A stretch of DNA of 64,000 nt, taken from NCBI RefSeq assembly GCF_009914755.1, contig NC_060932.1; one strand, given 5' to 3'. This DNA comes from the human T2T-CHM13v2.0 reference genome, Homo sapiens. Below are positions 58,410 to 64,000 of this stretch, piece after piece; the first letter of the stretch is position 1; every line of letters begins with the position of its first letter. The translations under genes and the position numbers were made by a program. The notes beneath the pieces are model-generated. The model saw only the letters and a list, made by a program, of their open reading frames with translations, was not told where the DNA came from and searched no databases.

Positions 58410-59975
58410 TTAGCAGGCTGTCAATGGACATGTGTTCGATACAACTCATCAAAGAAAAACCTCCCTTAATCTGAGGCCTCATTTTGCAATAAGACTAGGG
58501 TTACGGTCTCTAAAAAGCCAGAGCAATTTTGGAGGAAAGTAGGTATGTGAAGTAGTTTTGGGAACATGACATTTGGTATATTTTCAGATTTCCCAAGGCT
58601 GCTTGCCTGCACAGTGTCCCTCAGCGAGAATGCCAACAACTGAAATGAGATGCCCCCCTGTGGCAGCGTCTACTGCCAGGAGCCCGCATCTCCATGATTT
58701 GGGGACTAGAGATGATGGGGCAGTGGGGAGAGGATGCACGGTGAAGCAGGTGTGGAGAGGAAAACTTAAAAAATGTTTCTGCTTAAAGGGCATCCTCTTT
58801 GCTCTTAGGTCAGACCACAAGTTTCACGACACAGGCCACAGCAGCAATGACCTCACAGAATTCACTCCACAAGGCCTCCTGAGCGGCACCTGGAGCCGTG
58901 GCTGTCTTTTGAAAAGTGGCACCACAAGACACTCCTTTAGCCACAGAACAAAGGAAGCCGTCGTGCGAAGTTCTGGCCAAGGTGCTGCCATACTGATGCC
59001 CCCTGGCAAGGATTATGGGTTAACTGGAAAATTTCAGGCTGATGCTTCAAGTTTTGCAGTGAGCGCCTAGCTCATGGGAACACTAAAATCGAGTAATACT
59101 GACTAAGCTTAGAGGAAATGAAATTTCTCAAAAAAAAATTTCCAGAGGTCCCAGTTTCTGCACTGATTCCACTCTTTGGGTAAAAATTGCAGACTCGTGT
59201 TTGAGACCTGCCACCTGTGTCCTCCCGCGTGACAGCTGCTGTGGTTCACGTCAAAGGCTGGGTGTCAGAACCGATTATTTATACTCACTCGGGAATGGAA
59301 ATTTTTATTTGTTATGCCTCCTGTGTCAAAACCAGTTTGATTTCCATAAGTTTTGCTTTCCTTAAAACAAAATCAAAGTAACGGAAGCAAGCAGGTCTTT
59401 GGCAGAATCTCACAGGAAATATTCCATCAAATAAAAGATGAGAAGGGGCATGTTGATGGGGCGGGCAGACAAACCGCAGGATGTGATCACAGAGATGACA
59501 GAAATGTTGCCATTTGGTTCCCTGAGGTCAGAAGGTAAGGCCAGCCCTCCACAAGGCTGGGGAGTGAAGGGCAGCACCCAGGGACAGCACAGGGGGGATG
59601 CCAGGGTGGCTGGTGCCAGCCACTTTTGCAGACGGTATAGCCTCTGGCAGGTCATGTCACACTCAGCCTCAGTTCCTTCTGGTCTTGAGGGCCTTTTACA
59701 CACCAGTGTTCTGGGAGATTGGGCTGGCATCTGCCATGGCCTCCAAGTTGCTCAGCTCCAGGAGGCACCTTTGGACCATGTTCCATGCACGTGGCCCACG
59801 CCTTTGGAGCTGTGCAATGTGCTGGTGCAGGGAACCTCCCTTTCCAGCAGCAACAGCCTTGGAGTTGTCCTGACTCCACAACAGGCATCTGGCTGGGAAT
59901 AGCACCAGGGTCCCTGGACCCTCCTTCCTCAAAGATAGGCTCTGCCATTGTTTTGTTTTAAAATAAAATCAGGTT

Positions 59976-60788
<813 letters not shown>

Positions 60789-61396
60789 TGAATCCTGTTG
60801 CATTAGGAAACCCAGTCTTTCTAGGTGTTGAGGTGTATCTGGCTCAGCGGGTGTGATCTTGGCCCCTCTGTCCCAGGCTCCTACCTTGAGTGTCGTCCAG
60901 GCCTTCCCAGGACTTTGGCCAAAGAAAGCCACCTGCAGCTGAAGCCTCTCTCTTGGGGGGCCTTACCCAGCCAGGAGTTTCCCTCTGGTCGTCTCCATGT
61001 TAAAAATGAAGACACCGAGACTCGGAGGGACCACTAATCTGCCACAGGCCCACAACGAGGGGGCTGCAGACCTGGGATCTGAACACAAGAATTCTGGTTT
61101 CAAAGTTCATTCTTTCCTCTATGCCTGCTACACATGTCACTAACTGACGTCTATTTCCAAACACCAAGTTGATGAAAACAACATAAAATCACAAGGAACA
61201 CTGCCTGGGCTATTTTCCAATTACGACTCTGGTTGTATGTCACCTCCTTCTTTCCCAAACTGTCTCTGATTAAATGGAAGCTAGAGCTTCACTAGGAAGT
61301 GACTGAGACTAAATGACTTGTAGGTGGTGTCATCAGGGCTGTAACATAGCTGTGTGTGGTATGGTGACAACATTGGTTTCTCCATAAAACAACTTA

Positions 61397-61813
<417 letters not shown>

Positions 61814-62409
61814 TCATGAAGATCTTGGGTGAGGCTCTGGGGACACATGGGGAGTGGGAGGGGAGTTTGTCACCTTGGCCCCCCCATACCGCCACTGCCC
61901 CCACAGGTCTGGCTTCTCTTTTACCTTGTCTCCTTGCTCCCCCTTGTGGCAAAGAGTGAGGTGCACATTCAGAAGGCCCAGCACAAAGTCCAGGCTCCTG
62001 ATTCCAGGAGCATTTCCCAATTTCTGGTGGAAATTTCCCATGGAATAGCACTGTCCTTCTCATACATCTAGGTTCTTCCCCAACTTATGCAAGTGAGCCT
62101 CACTTTTTCAATTATAAAAGAAATACATTCCCAAATCTTAGAAATGTTGGAAAATACAGAAAAGTATGAGGAAGAAAATTGAAGTCAGATATCTAGAAAT
62201 TTTGGTAAAATTTTCCCAATTTTTTTCTATGCAGTCATGTATACATATGTACATGCAGCATTTATTTATTTAATATGCAATATAATTAATCTACTATCAG
62301 TTCCAAAATTAGCCATTACTAATGCCTACATCTGCTCATGTGCGCCTCTTCTTCCCAATCCCTCTGTCTGCCTCCCCGGATTGGAGGTATACACTGAGGT
62401 TGCTGTTTT

Positions 62410-63998
<1,589 letters not shown>

Positions 63999-64000
63999 AT

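Noticed and set aside
58573-59948. ORFs of 100-165 aa upstream of DKK4
   Set aside because: Mostly non-ATG starts, no homology recognised, no consistent exon structure

Overview
Mammalian (human-like; gene order matches chr8p11.21) genomic DNA, very Alu-rich. It contains the last seven exons and 3'UTR of IKBKB (+), the complete 14-exon POLB gene (+, 1008-nt CDS, 335 aa) with its CpG/GC-box/CRE promoter, an antisense full-length RPL5 processed pseudogene in POLB intron 2, and the complete 4-exon DKK4 gene (-, 675-nt CDS, 224 aa) convergent with POLB, with TCF/LEF motifs in its promoter. All exon boundaries were read from GT-AG sites and checked for phase. I see no evidence of a wholly new gene system. 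The structures least explained by ordinary annotation are: (1) a perfect 12 x 34-bp array in POLB intron 3 built from alternating inverted 13-mers; (2) a ~145-bp non-Alu inverted repeat pair bracketing POLB exons 8-9; (3) a 52-bp repeat that triplicates the IKBKB stop-codon region; (4) an in-frame 105-bp cassette exon in POLB intron 6; (5) near-copies of the exon-10 splice acceptor upstream of it. Repeat family names and boundaries are by eye and approximate.
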